Shown in pieces: positions 9,137-18,910 of a DNA stretch of 64,000 nucleotides. Every line of letters starts with the position of its first letter. The stretch's first letter is position 1. Both the position numbers and the translations under genes were made by a program. The DNA is from Deltaproteobacteria bacterium. Lineage in GTDB: Bacteria; BMS3Abin14. The stretch spans positions 329 to 64,328 of the forward strand of contig JAADHJ010000044.1 in NCBI GenBank assembly GCA_013151915.1, written 5' to 3'. The notes under the pieces were generated by a model. That model was given only the letters and a program-made list of their open reading frames with translations, was not told the origin of the DNA and searched no databases.

Positions 9137-10823
9137 CAGTGCCCCGACTCCCGAGGCCATCTCCCTGCCCTTGCGCGTTATCCCCCTTGGGGGCGTCGGT
9201 ATCTTCGGTATGAACTGCACGGTCCTGGAATATGGCGGCCATATGATCATGGTGGACGCCGGCTTCAAGATCCCACAGGGGAACTACCCGGGTGTGGACC
9301 TCATCCTGCCCGATTTTACCTATGTCCTTGAAAATCTTGATCGCCTCAAGGCCATCTTTCTCACACACGGACATGACGATCACATCGGTTCCCTGCCCTA
9401 TCTTCTGCGCCAGGTGGATGTTCCCGTCTACGGTACGGCCCTCACTCTCGCCCTTGTCCGGGAACGGCTGACCGATAGCAGCGGAAACGGGCCTCCTGTG
9501 GACGGTGACCTGCGACAGATCATGTTCCGCGACCCGGTAACATGCGGCCCTTTTAACATCGAGGCCGTGAGGGTTGCCCACAGTATCCCGGATGGGGCTG
9601 CTCTTATCATCAGGACGCCTGTGGGCATCGTCGTGCACTCCGGCGATTACAAGATGGACCAGGCTCCCATTGACGGCAACCCCACCGACCTGGCGGGCCT
9701 CGCCAAAGCCGGGGAGATGGGCGTGCTCCTTCTCATGTCCGACAGCACCAACGCCGACAGGCCTGGTTTTACCCGGCCGGAGGCCGAGGTGGGCCGAGTT
9801 ATCGAGGACCTCATGAGACAGGCCCCGGGCCGGGTCTTCATCGCGACCTTCGCATCACACATTCACAGGATTCAGCAGATACTTAACGCCGCCGAAGCCT
9901 GCGGCAGAAAAGCCGTTGTCGAAGGGCGGCGGATGATCGGGAACAGCCGCCTGGCATCTGACCTGGGCTACCTCCATGTTCCTTCCGACGTTCTGATTTC
10001 CATGGATAACGCCGGGGAACAGGAGGCCGGCAAACTGGTTTATCTTGTCACCGGATCCCAAGGCGAACCCATGTCCGCTTTGAGCAGGATCGCCAGGGGT
10101 GAACATTCCGGCGTGAAGGTCGGTAATGGCGATACCGTAATCTTCTCATCCAGGATTATTCCCGGGAATGAACTGGCCGCCGGTTCGATGATAGACGGGC
10201 TTTTTCGTGCGGGCGCCCGGGTCTATTACCAGGGATCCCCCATGGTTCACGTCTCGGGGCACGGGAGCGCCGAGGAGATAAAATTGATGATCAACGCGGT
10301 CAAACCGCGCTTTTTCATTCCCCTCCACGGGGATTACCGCCAACTTGTTGCCTGTTCCAGACTTGCTCAGCAGGTGGGAATCGAAAAGGAGCGGATCTTC
10401 ATACTCGATCCCGGCCAGGTCCTTGAATTCTCAGAGGACACGGCATTCATGGGAGCTTCTGTACCGGCCGGGCGCATGTTGGTGGACGGGGACCTCGTCA
10501 CCGACCTTGGCAGCCCTTTAATGAAGGAGCGGAGGAGACTCGCCAGGGAGGGTCTTGTCGTGGTCGTCGCCTCCCTGTCTGCCCGGGGCGAACCCGGGTC
10601 CATCGCTCCGTCCGTTCACAGCGTGGGGGTAGGACTGGAGGAATCGAGCCGATCATTGGACAGGGAGGCGGAGGCGGTCGCAAAAAATTTCATCAGGGAT
10701 TGGCGCTCACCGCCTTCCTCCATCGAGGAACTCAGGGAGGAGATCAGGATAGGTGTGCGAGCCGTGTATCGTCGTGCCCTGCAGAAAAAGCCGATGGTCA
10801 TCCCCGTCCTGGTGGAGGAGTGA
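9129..10823 (+). CDS. rnj: Ribonuclease J (start uncertain, GTG 9129 chosen)
   Basis: IPLGGVGIFGMN, THGHDDHIG, HSGDYK, TGSQGEP, HVSGH, PLHGD. Confidence 0.94.
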   Translation: MNDSAPTPEAISLPLRVIPLGGVGIFGMNCTVLEYGGHMIMVDAGFKIPQGNYPGVDLILPDFTYVLENLDRLKAIFLTHGHDDHIGSLPYLLRQVDVPVYGTALTLALVRERLTDSSGNGPPVDGDLRQIMFRDPVTCGPFNIEAVRVAHSIPDGAALIIRTPVGIVVHSGDYKMDQAPIDGNPTDLAGLAKAGEMGVLLLMSDSTNADRPGFTRPEAEVGRVIEDLMRQAPGRVFIATFASHIHRIQQILNAAEACGRKAVVEGRRMIGNSRLASDLGYLHVPSDVLISMDNAGEQEAGKLVYLVTGSQGEPMSALSRIARGEHSGVKVGNGDTVIFSSRIIPGNELAAGSMIDGLFRAGARVYYQGSPMVHVSGHGSAEEIKLMINAVKPRFFIPLHGDYRQLVACSRLAQQVGIEKERIFILDPGQVLEFSEDTAFMGASVPAGRMLVDGDLVTDLGSPLMKERRRLAREGLVVVVASLSARGEPGSIAPSVHSVGVGLEESSRSLDREAEAVAKNFIRDWRSPPSSIEELREEIRIGVRAVYRRALQKKPMVIPVLVEE

Positions 10824-10848
10824 TCAGGTATCGAAGTATCGGAGTACC

Positions 10849-10955
10849 TAGTGCCTGGTGCCTGGCGCCTAGTTTAGTTCAGGTTCAAACCGCGCAGTGT
10901 CTTAAGATACTAGGAACAAGGTACCAGGAACCAGGAACTTAATCCTGGAACCTGG
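10849..10955. repeat. Heptamer arrays (TGGTGCC and CAGGAAC types)
   Basis: tagtgcc tggtgcc tggcgcc; taggaac aaggtac caggaac caggaac. Confidence 0.75.
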
Positions 10956-10972
10956 TGAAAGGGCTATAGGCC

Positions 10973-11758
10973 ATGACCGATCTGTTTAACTCAATACTCC
11001 TGGGCATCCTCCAGGGTGTTACCGAATTTCTTCCGGTCTCCAGCTCGGGACACCTTGTGCTGGCCCAGTCCATCCTGCCGGGTTTCAGCGCACCATCGGC
11101 AGCCTTCGACATCCTCCTGCACGGTGGGACCCTCATAGCCGTTATCGCCTACTTTTATCGTGATATCATCGAGATGATTGTTGGAATGGTCAGGCCCCGG
11201 GAGGGAGGGTGGAAGCTTCCCTTGCTCCTTGTCGTGGGCAGTGTTCCAGTGGGCCTTGTGGGATTCCTGTTAATGGATGCCATTAAACCGCTCTTTTCGT
11301 CTCCCAGGGTCGCGTCGGGCGGACTCCTGTTTACGGGTGTTCTTCTGCTGATAGCGAGCAGGCTGCGCGGCGGCAGGACCAGGATGTCTGAAATAACCGT
11401 CGGATCAGCTGTACTCATCGGCTGTTTTCAGGCCGTTGCCGTTACCCCCGGAGTCTCCCGGTCAGGGGCGACCATTGCCGCGGCGATGCTTGTGGGGCTT
11501 TCCGCTACCGAGGCCGCCCGGTTTTCCTTCCTCCTCTCCATCCCCGCCGTCGGCGGGGCGGTTTTACTAGAGGGAAAGTCGATCCTGGGTGCAGGCCACA
11601 TGGCGGTCTATCTTGCCGGCGCGCTGGCCGCCGCAGTGGCGGGCTGGCTTTCCATTGCCCTGCTCATGAAGGTTCTGGCAAAGGGAAAACTCCTCCCCTT
11701 TGCCGTCTACTGTCTGTCTATCGGTTTCCTTTCGCTGGTCTTTTTGGTAGGGTCGTAA
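10973..11758 (+). CDS. uppP: Undecaprenyl-diphosphate phosphatase
   Basis: QGVTEFLPVSSSGHL, PGVSRSG, RFSFLLSIP. Confidence 0.95.
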   Translation: MTDLFNSILLGILQGVTEFLPVSSSGHLVLAQSILPGFSAPSAAFDILLHGGTLIAVIAYFYRDIIEMIVGMVRPREGGWKLPLLLVVGSVPVGLVGFLLMDAIKPLFSSPRVASGGLLFTGVLLLIASRLRGGRTRMSEITVGSAVLIGCFQAVAVTPGVSRSGATIAAAMLVGLSATEAARFSFLLSIPAVGGAVLLEGKSILGAGHMAVYLAGALAAAVAGWLSIALLMKVLAKGKLLPFAVYCLSIGFLSLVFLVGS

Positions 11759-11783
11759 AAGGTCCGAAGAGACTTTTTGCGAA
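11751..11783. repeat. Minimal palindromic copy of repeat family B; supplies the uppP stop codon
   Basis: ggtcgtaaaaggtc cgaa gagactttttgcgaa; TAA at 11756-11758 lies inside it. Confidence 0.6.
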
Positions 11784-11793
11784 GGTGTCAAAA

Positions 11794-13971
11794 ATGGCGT
11801 CCAGGGAAAAAGAAATCAGAATAACCCCTAAATACCAGGCCAGATGGCGTGAGATCGTCGGTGTCCTGTTCACTGCCTTGAGCCTTTTTTTCCTCCTGTC
11901 GCTTGTTTCCTACAGTCCCCTGGATGTTTCTTTAAACAGTACCGGTACGGTAAAGGGAGTGAGTAATCTGGGAGGGGTTGTCGGAGCTCACCTCGCCGAC
12001 GTTATCATCCAGGCCCTCGGCTGGGCCGGGTTCCTTATCCCGGCCTTGCTTTTGTTCCTCGGAGTAACCAGGTTCATCAGCAAACATTGGGGGGGATGGT
12101 TCCTTAGGGCCGCCGGCGGAAGCGGGTTCCTGTTGGCGGTGTGCATTCTCCTGCAGATCAGAATGGGGACCGCTCCCGTTATGGGCGGTGTCCACAGGGA
12201 TGCCGGCGGGATTGTCGGTCTCCTCCTCAGCGATGTACTTATTCGATTTTTTAATGTCCCCGGTACTCTTATCCTCTCCATCGCCCTTCTGGTCGCATCG
12301 ATCCTGGTCATGACCAATATGTCGCTCGGGACAACGGGCCGGATCTTTCTGGGGTGTTTCAGATGGATCGGCCGTTTTTTTGTTAAATGGAAGGAACGGG
12401 TCAGAAGGCGGAAGGCCGTCACCAGAGCCCAGGACGTGGAGGCAAAAAAGGCTTCGCCCCAGGTGGTAGTCAGGAAGATGGAAAAAACCAACAGGGCATT
12501 ATCCGAACCTGTCCAGGAGGAATTTGAGACAATGCCGAGACCAAGGGGGAAATTTTCTCTGCCCCCTCTTCGGTTGCTCAACCCTCCCGACCCCAGGTAT
12601 GAGGGGATTAGTGAGGAAGACCAGAAGGGGCGTGCGAAGATTCTTGAGAAGAAGCTCAGGGATTTCGGGGTTGAAGGGCGGGTTGCGACCATCAATCCGG
12701 GTCCGGTAATTACCGTTTTCGAATATGAGCCCGCACCCGGGGTAAAACTGAACCAGATCCTCAACCTTACGGGTGACCTCTCCCTGGCCATGGGAGGTGT
12801 TTCCATTCGGGTGGTCCCTTTGATCCCCGGAAAAACGGTTATTGGAATCGAGATACCCAACCAGAGCCCGGAGTTGGTTACCCTCCGTGAGATCCTGAGT
12901 TCCAGCGAATTTACGCGTGCCAAGGGGGCGCTGAGGCTCGCCCTGGGGAAGGATACGGCAGGCAATCCATACGTAACCGACCTGGATTCAATGCCGCACC
13001 TCCTTGTGGCAGGCGCCACCGGGACGGGAAAGAGCGTGGCCATCAACTCCATGATCCTCAGCCTGGTGGGAAACCTTGCACCCCACGAGGTAAGGCTCCT
13101 TCTCATCGATCCAAAGATGCTCGAACTGTCGCCATATGAGGGGATCCCACACCTGCTGGCTCCTGTGGTAATGGAGCCCAGGAAAGCAGCTTCGGCCTTG
13201 AGATGGGCTGTTGTGGAAATGGAGAGGCGCTACCAGCTTCTCGCCGCCCACGGCGTGAGGGACATTGTCGGCTATAACCGGAAAATGGCCAAGCTCAAGG
13301 AACCACCGGAGGGTGACGATCCGCATCTCCCCCACATTGTGGTGATAATCGACGAACTGGCCGACCTCATGATGACCACCTCCCGGGAGGTCGAAGAGTG
13401 CATCGCCCGGCTGGGCCAGATGGCCAGGGCGGCGGGGATCCACCTGATCATAGCCACCCAACGGCCATCCGTGGATATCGTTTCCGGGAACATCAAGAAC
13501 AACATCACAGGCAGGATCTCATTCAAGGTGTTCGACAAGGCGAACTCACGGGTTATCCTGGACAGCAACGGCGCTGAACAGCTCCTCGGCAGAGGGGACA
13601 TGCTCTTTGTCAAGACCGGGATTACCGGGATGTTCCGCATCCACGGATGTCTGGTTACGGATGAGGAGGTAAACAGGATCGTCCGGTATTTACGGGAACA
13701 GTCAAAACCCGATTACCGCGATGACCTCTTTGATTATGAGCCGACTTCCTCACGGGGCGTCGATGACGATGAGGAGGATGAGAAATTCGGGGACGTTCTC
13801 GATTTCGTCTACCGGAAGGGATACGCCTCGGCGTCCATGATCCAGCGTAACTTCAAGGTGGGATACAACAGGGCGGCCAGGATGATCGAACGCATGGAGG
13901 CGGAGGGCATTATCGGACCGCCGGACGGCGCCAAGCCCCGGCCCATCCTCCGAAGGGTCGATATGGAATGA
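11794..13971 (+). CDS. ftsK: DNA translocase FtsK
   Basis: N-terminal TMs, PHLLVAGATGTGKS, DPKMLEL, IIDELADLM, ATQRPS, gamma domain QRNFKVGYNRAAR. Confidence 0.96.
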   Translation: MASREKEIRITPKYQARWREIVGVLFTALSLFFLLSLVSYSPLDVSLNSTGTVKGVSNLGGVVGAHLADVIIQALGWAGFLIPALLLFLGVTRFISKHWGGWFLRAAGGSGFLLAVCILLQIRMGTAPVMGGVHRDAGGIVGLLLSDVLIRFFNVPGTLILSIALLVASILVMTNMSLGTTGRIFLGCFRWIGRFFVKWKERVRRRKAVTRAQDVEAKKASPQVVVRKMEKTNRALSEPVQEEFETMPRPRGKFSLPPLRLLNPPDPRYEGISEEDQKGRAKILEKKLRDFGVEGRVATINPGPVITVFEYEPAPGVKLNQILNLTGDLSLAMGGVSIRVVPLIPGKTVIGIEIPNQSPELVTLREILSSSEFTRAKGALRLALGKDTAGNPYVTDLDSMPHLLVAGATGTGKSVAINSMILSLVGNLAPHEVRLLLIDPKMLELSPYEGIPHLLAPVVMEPRKAASALRWAVVEMERRYQLLAAHGVRDIVGYNRKMAKLKEPPEGDDPHLPHIVVIIDELADLMMTTSREVEECIARLGQMARAAGIHLIIATQRPSVDIVSGNIKNNITGRISFKVFDKANSRVILDSNGAEQLLGRGDMLFVKTGITGMFRIHGCLVTDEEVNRIVRYLREQSKPDYRDDLFDYEPTSSRGVDDDEEDEKFGDVLDFVYRKGYASASMIQRNFKVGYNRAARMIERMEAEGIIGPPDGAKPRPILRRVDME

Positions 13972-14618
13972 GATCGATCATCGTGGCCCTTCTGGCCCTT
14001 TTCATCACTGCCGCCCCGGGTTGGGCGGCAAGCACCGGTGACGGGGCCGCCAAAACCCTGGCCCTTGTCCGCAAGGCCTACAGTACCCTCACGAGCATCC
14101 GGGCGGAATTTGTCCAGACCGAGGAGCGCCCCGGGGTGGGAATCTCCCATCGGGAAGAGGGTGTCCTGTCCTTTTTACTGCCCGACAGGATGCGCTGGGA
14201 CTACCGGGGAAAAAAGCCTCACAGGGTAATCATCAACGGGGATATTGTCTGGATCTACATGCCCGGCAGGCACCAGGTTGTCAGGAGAAAAATGACCCCT
14301 GAGGAGATGCGTCAGGGAGCCGGTACCTTTCTCGGCGGGATTGACCGCCTTGAGAAGGATTTTACGGTGCGGTCCGGCGGGACGGGGCCCGAAGGAAGAT
14401 ACGCGCTGGTACTTTTCCCGAAATCGAAGAAAACCTCCTACGACAGGATCGAGATTTTCGTGGAACCGGACACCGGGGTCATTGAGAGGATCACGATCCA
14501 CCATCGTATCGGTAACGTGACCACCATTTCTTTTGCCGGGATCGAAAGGAACGTGAAGCTGTCGCCCGACCTGTTCAAGTGGGACATCCCGAAGGGAACG
14601 GAGGTCATCGAGCCGTGA
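13968..14618 (+). CDS. lolA: Outer-membrane lipoprotein carrier protein
   Basis: Signal peptide, AEFVQ, PDRMRWDY, F..P.G.EVI C-terminus; downstream of ftsK. Confidence 0.85.
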   Translation: MRSIIVALLALFITAAPGWAASTGDGAAKTLALVRKAYSTLTSIRAEFVQTEERPGVGISHREEGVLSFLLPDRMRWDYRGKKPHRVIINGDIVWIYMPGRHQVVRRKMTPEEMRQGAGTFLGGIDRLEKDFTVRSGGTGPEGRYALVLFPKSKKTSYDRIEIFVEPDTGVIERITIHHRIGNVTTISFAGIERNVKLSPDLFKWDIPKGTEVIEP

Positions 14619-14700
14619 TGATGCGGGGATCCTTCAGATGGTGTATATGGGCGTAGAGGTGCAAGGCGTTTAAAAAATGTCGAAGTATCTGAAACCCGGG

Positions 14701-14749
14701 GTCCAACGTCCAATGGGATGAAAGAACGTTCAACGTTCAATGTTCAACG
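14701..14749. repeat. Heptamer array (CGTTCAA, reverse complement of the 494-549 unit)
   Basis: gtccaac gtccaat ... cgttcaa cgttcaa tgttcaa. Confidence 0.75.
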
Positions 14750-14759
14750 TGGAAAAGCA

Positions 14760-14902
14760 GCCTGCGAGGGGCTGTACTGTGGTAAATCAGCTTTTGATCT
14801 TTTCAGCTCCGCCCGGGATTGCCGCGTCACTCTCGTCTCCCTCGATGTTCCTCGCAATGACAGCAAAATAATAAAGGTACGCATTAACCGGATGGATGAA
14901 CC
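14760..14902 (+). mobile_element. Right part of MITE (subtype A)
   Basis: Highly similar to 28916-29054; ends accggatggatgaacc with a 4-bp duplication inside the TIR. Confidence 0.8.
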
Positions 14903-14939
14903 TAAAGTAAAAAACTTGGAACCTGGAACACAGGAGACT

Positions 14940-16268
14940 ATGGTACCGTTGCCCCACAAAAAGATGAAAATCGCTGTAGTTTCCCTCGGATGTTCAAAAA
15001 ACCTTGTCGATACAGAGGTAATGCTGGGACACCTGGCCGATTCCGGATGTGAAGTTATCGACGATCCCGAGTCCGCGGACTGCATCCTCATCAATACATG
15101 CTCATTCCTTACCGAGGCGGTTTCCGAATCCCTGGACCGCATAGTGGAACTTGCCGCTATCAAGGGAAAAGGATCAGTCAAAAGGCTCGTTGTGGCCGGG
15201 TGCATGGTGAGCCGCTACGGTCAGGAACTGAAAGGCGAGGTCCCGGAGATTGATGCCCTGGTTTCACCATCTTCCCTGGAACAGGTGATGTCCGCGGTCA
15301 TGGGAAGGGACATTGTCCCCTCCACGGACGAGACGTTTCCAACGCGCTTGATCTCCTTTCCTCCCCACAGGGCGTACCTCAAGATCGGGGATGGCTGTTC
15401 CAACCACTGTACCTATTGCATGATTCCCCGGATCAGGGGCGAATTCGTCAGCCGCCCCCTGCCTTCAATCGTGGATGAAGCCCGCTGGCTGGTCCAGCGG
15501 GGCGTGAAGGAGATCACCCTCGTCGCCCAGGATACCGGACGTTATGGCATGGACCGGGGTGGCGAAGATCTGCCGGAACTTATCCGGTCCATCCTGGAGG
15601 TGCGCGGCGACTTCTGGCTGCGGGGCATGTACATTCACCCCTCCCGGGTAAGCGGGCGTCTTCTGGAGGCACTTTCTTCCGATGAGAGGGTTTGCCGGTA
15701 CATGGACGTCCCCTTCCAGCATGTATCACCCTCCTTGCTGGGACGTATGGGCAGGGGGGCCGCGCCGGAGCCGCGAAGGGTCCTGGAGATGGTAAGGAAG
15801 CAGCTTCCCGGAGTCTTTTTCAGGACCACTCTGATGACCGGTTTTCCGGGTGAGACCGAGGATGATTTCCAGGCTTTACTGAGTTTCGTCCGGGAAGCCG
15901 AAATCAATCACCTGGGCGTCTTCGCCTACAGCAGGGAAAAAGGCACACCGGCGGCCGGCCTCATGGCTCAGGTGGATCCGGGGACGGCCCGGGAGAGGTT
16001 GGAACTCCTGATGGAGGAGCAAAGCCGGATATCCCGGGTGCTTCTAAAGGATATGATCGGGTTGGAACTGGAGGTCCTTGTGGAGGGTGAGGACGATGAG
16101 GGCGCCTTCGGACGCCATAGGGGACAGGCTCCCGAAGTGGACGGCGTCGTCAGGCTGAACCGGCGTTGTTCTCCCGGGGATCGGGTTATGGTCCGGATCA
16201 TGGAAAGCGGGGATTATGACCTTGAAGGGGAGATAATCAGTGGTGAAAATCCTCGCTCTGAACGCTGA
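14940..16268 (+). CDS. rimO: Ribosomal protein S12 methylthiotransferase
   Basis: SLGCSKNLVDTE, NTCSF, GCMV, YLKIGDGCSNHCTYCMIP, TRAM end APEVDG; AGGAG before ATG 14940. Confidence 0.93.
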   Translation: MVPLPHKKMKIAVVSLGCSKNLVDTEVMLGHLADSGCEVIDDPESADCILINTCSFLTEAVSESLDRIVELAAIKGKGSVKRLVVAGCMVSRYGQELKGEVPEIDALVSPSSLEQVMSAVMGRDIVPSTDETFPTRLISFPPHRAYLKIGDGCSNHCTYCMIPRIRGEFVSRPLPSIVDEARWLVQRGVKEITLVAQDTGRYGMDRGGEDLPELIRSILEVRGDFWLRGMYIHPSRVSGRLLEALSSDERVCRYMDVPFQHVSPSLLGRMGRGAAPEPRRVLEMVRKQLPGVFFRTTLMTGFPGETEDDFQALLSFVREAEINHLGVFAYSREKGTPAAGLMAQVDPGTARERLELLMEEQSRISRVLLKDMIGLELEVLVEGEDDEGAFGRHRGQAPEVDGVVRLNRRCSPGDRVMVRIMESGDYDLEGEIISGENPRSER

Positions 16269-16275
16269 AACCTGA

Positions 16276-17004
16276 ATGACTACTTCCATTGACGAAATAG
16301 GTGGAAAAGGGCTGGTCGTTGTCCAGAGCGTGAGGGGAGCAAAGGCGTCCGTGGACGGACTTCTCCTCGCCCGTTTTCCTGATGTTGAGACCGGATGGCG
16401 TGTCGCTGATCTCGGATGCGGTAACGGATTGGTGGGGCTCATACTGGCACACGACCATCCCGGGTGTTCGGTGTTCGGCGTGGAGGTCCAGCGTGGTTTG
16501 ATCCGTCAAGCTTCGGAAGGCGCCGGGTTGAGCGGCCTGGAAAACATCCGTTTTATTCAGGCTGACCTGCGGAATTATCCATGGAGGTGTGATCAGGCAG
16601 GGTTCGACCTGGTGGCAGCCAACCCTCCCTATAGAGAGGTTGGAAAAGGGAGGTTGAGCCCAGATCCTGTTCGGGCGGCCGCCAGGCACGAACTTCTTGG
16701 CAATGCGGAGGATTTTGCCGCCGCCGCCGCCGCCCTCCTCCGCCGGGGCGGTCGTTCCGTCTGGATATACCTGGCCGAGCGCCATAATCACCTCCTGGAT
16801 ATTCTCCAGGGCCATTTCCTGCAGCCGGTCAGGGTCCGATTTGTTCACTCCAGGACCGAAGCCGCCCCTTCTCTGGTTCTGGTCGAGGCCCGGAAGGGCG
16901 GCTCTCAACGGGCTCCGGTTGTCGATCCCCCCTTGATCATCTACGGGGAAAATGGACCCGGAGGTTATACCGACGAAGCCAGAAGGATTTTGTACGGGGA
17001 GTGA
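16276..17004 (+). CDS. tRNA1(Val) adenine-N6-methyltransferase-like SAM methyltransferase
   Basis: SVDGLLLA.F, DLGCGNG, ANPPY, ARHE, RFVHS. Confidence 0.85.
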   Translation: MTTSIDEIGGKGLVVVQSVRGAKASVDGLLLARFPDVETGWRVADLGCGNGLVGLILAHDHPGCSVFGVEVQRGLIRQASEGAGLSGLENIRFIQADLRNYPWRCDQAGFDLVAANPPYREVGKGRLSPDPVRAAARHELLGNAEDFAAAAAALLRRGGRSVWIYLAERHNHLLDILQGHFLQPVRVRFVHSRTEAAPSLVLVEARKGGSQRAPVVDPPLIIYGENGPGGYTDEARRILYGE

Positions 17005-17061
17005 TTTTAATGGGACTTTCTGCTAAAGTCCCCCGGATTTCGTTTTGTGTGATACGAAGTT

Positions 17062-17131
17062 TGCGCGGTTAATGTTGATGACCTCGCAAGAGGTCAACAA
17101 CGCGCCCACTGAAGGACTTTTTACGATCCTA
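17062..17131. repeat. Repeat family B copy (inverted)
   Basis: gaaggactttttacgatcc is the reverse complement of ggatcgtaaaaagtccttc. Confidence 0.7.
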
Positions 17132-17151
17132 CCAATATCGGCGAGGTGAGG

Positions 17152-17766
17152 ATGAAAAGGATACTGGTTCTACCCCTGAGTTTTATTTTCACCGTTCTTT
17201 TCTGTTCTTCCGCTCCGGCACTGGAACGCATGTACGTCTCAGCACAATCAGGGGTTCTGACGCTTGACAACGGCACATTTGATGATCTGACAGATGAACC
17301 GGATCTTGGAAAGAGCGAAGTCCGGTTCGCCTCCGGTTCCAACAGGTTCGCCGTTCTTGGATATTCCTTCCCCAACGGCAGGCTGGAGATGGAGGCAGGG
17401 TACCGCCTCAACGATGTTGATTCTGTGGGGCTGACAGCGGTAAGCGGAGTTAAATACACTGCTTTAAGCTTTATGTTCAACGCCTATTACGACATGGAAA
17501 GGGAATCTTTCTACACTCCATATATCGGTGCGGGCATAGGCGGAGCCCATATCACCCTGGATGATGCAGGGGTCAAGGCGGATGACGACGTTCTGGCCTA
17601 CCAGGCCATAGCAGGCATTGCGGTACATGTTACACGATCCATAGCCCTCGACCTGCAGTATCGGTTTTTCTATACGATGGAGGCTGAACTGAATACCGGT
17701 ATCCACAAGTACAGCGGTTTTTTTAAGGCACACAACTTCTCGCTGGGTGTTCGCATCTATATATGA
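17152..17766 (+). CDS. Outer-membrane beta-barrel protein (opacity-porin/OmpW-like)
   Basis: Signal peptide, MFNAYYD, PYIGAGIG, AYQAIAG, LDLQYRFF, terminal aromatic beta-signal. Confidence 0.85.
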   Translation: MKRILVLPLSFIFTVLFCSSAPALERMYVSAQSGVLTLDNGTFDDLTDEPDLGKSEVRFASGSNRFAVLGYSFPNGRLEMEAGYRLNDVDSVGLTAVSGVKYTALSFMFNAYYDMERESFYTPYIGAGIGGAHITLDDAGVKADDDVLAYQAIAGIAVHVTRSIALDLQYRFFYTMEAELNTGIHKYSGFFKAHNFSLGVRIYI

Positions 17767-18095
17767 TCCGGACCCCTTGTCTGCTTTCTGTCCATCTGAA
17801 ACCGAATGTCGGTTACTATGTTTTCACCAACCTCCCTTTCCAGGCGGCGCAGCAGCTCGACCTTTCGCATGGACAGCTCGGTCATCCACCCGGACCCGCT
17901 GATAGCCACGACGATGGTTTTCCCCTGAAAACGGATGGCCTCCGAGTGTGTCGCAGCCTCACCGGCGACCGCCTTCCAGGCGTTAAGGGCCTTTCCCTTC
18001 AGGACGGTCTCCGGCGGGATGTCCAGGTTTTCCAGAACGCTTGAGATGACCTCCCCAATGGAAACCGGGCGCTGTTTTTTTATCCTTTCCCTCAT
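17757..18095 (-). CDS. DUF721/DciA-family protein (start uncertain, may extend to 18149)
   Basis: SIGEVI..VL, W..VAG, W..EL, L, V.DIRF pattern. Confidence 0.75.
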   Translation of the reverse strand: MRERIKKQRPVSIGEVISSVLENLDIPPETVLKGKALNAWKAVAGEAATHSEAIRFQGKTIVVAISGSGWMTELSMRKVELLRRLEREVGENIVTDIRFQMDRKQTRGPDHI

Positions 18096-18160
18096 GAACC
18101 TTAGCCTCTCAAAATCAGGAATTTCCGGAAATACATGGAATATTGCCATGACTTTGCACA

Positions 18161-18185
18161 TTGTATGATGTATACTGTATACAAT
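18161..18185. promoter_or_regulatory. Candidate GntR/FadR operator (repeated GTATAC cores)
   Basis: ttgtatgatgtatactgtatacaa upstream of the tandem gntR genes. Confidence 0.55.
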
Positions 18186-18238
18186 TATTGGACAGGCCGG
18201 CCAGATTACTTCCTATCAACCTAAATTATATCAGGAAA

Positions 18239-18910
18239 ATGAAACTAAAAAAGCACAAAACACTGAGGGAACAGATTGCCACTTCACTTCGGGAGTCTAT
18301 TATCCGAAGGGAGCTTCCTCCAGGACAGAAGCTTACCGAGCCGGAACTTGCGGCCAAACTGGGGATCAGCCGTACCCCCATAAGGGAGGCATTCCGTCAG
18401 CTTGAGAGTGAGGGTTTTCTGGCAGTGATCCCCCGTAGAGGGGCGGTGGTATCCACCATCACCGCCAAACAGGTGGAGGATTTTTACGAGATCAAAAGTC
18501 TTCTGGAGGGATTCGCTGCCCGGGTCGTCGCAGAGAAAATATCGGACAGCGATATCGAAAAACTGAAAAGGGTAAACAGTCAACTGGCCGGATTGGCGGA
18601 AAAGGGGCAGCTCGAGGCGTTTTTCGCCAAGAATAACGACTTCCACAACTATTTCATCAAACTATGCGGAAATGAGAAACTTCTCGAAATTCGGGACGGC
18701 ATGGTGCAAAGATTCAAAGGTTTTCGTATGGCCACGCTGTCCCTGCCCGGGCGGCTGATGGAGTCTGTAAACCAGCATAAGTCTATCATCAGGGCCTTCG
18801 AGAAAAAGGACGGTCGGTTAGCTGAAGCGGTCGTGGTTGAACATGCCCTGCTGGGCGGCGAGGAACTGGTCAAGATGATCAAGAGGATGGAGGAATCCGG
18901 GATCCATTGA
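18239..18910 (+). CDS. GntR-family (FadR/FCD) regulator 1
   Basis: ELAAKLGISRTPIREAFRQLESEG HTH; FCD motifs N..FH, GN..L, H..II.A. Confidence 0.93.
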   Translation: MKLKKHKTLREQIATSLRESIIRRELPPGQKLTEPELAAKLGISRTPIREAFRQLESEGFLAVIPRRGAVVSTITAKQVEDFYEIKSLLEGFAARVVAEKISDSDIEKLKRVNSQLAGLAEKGQLEAFFAKNNDFHNYFIKLCGNEKLLEIRDGMVQRFKGFRMATLSLPGRLMESVNQHKSIIRAFEKKDGRLAEAVVVEHALLGGEELVKMIKRMEESGIH

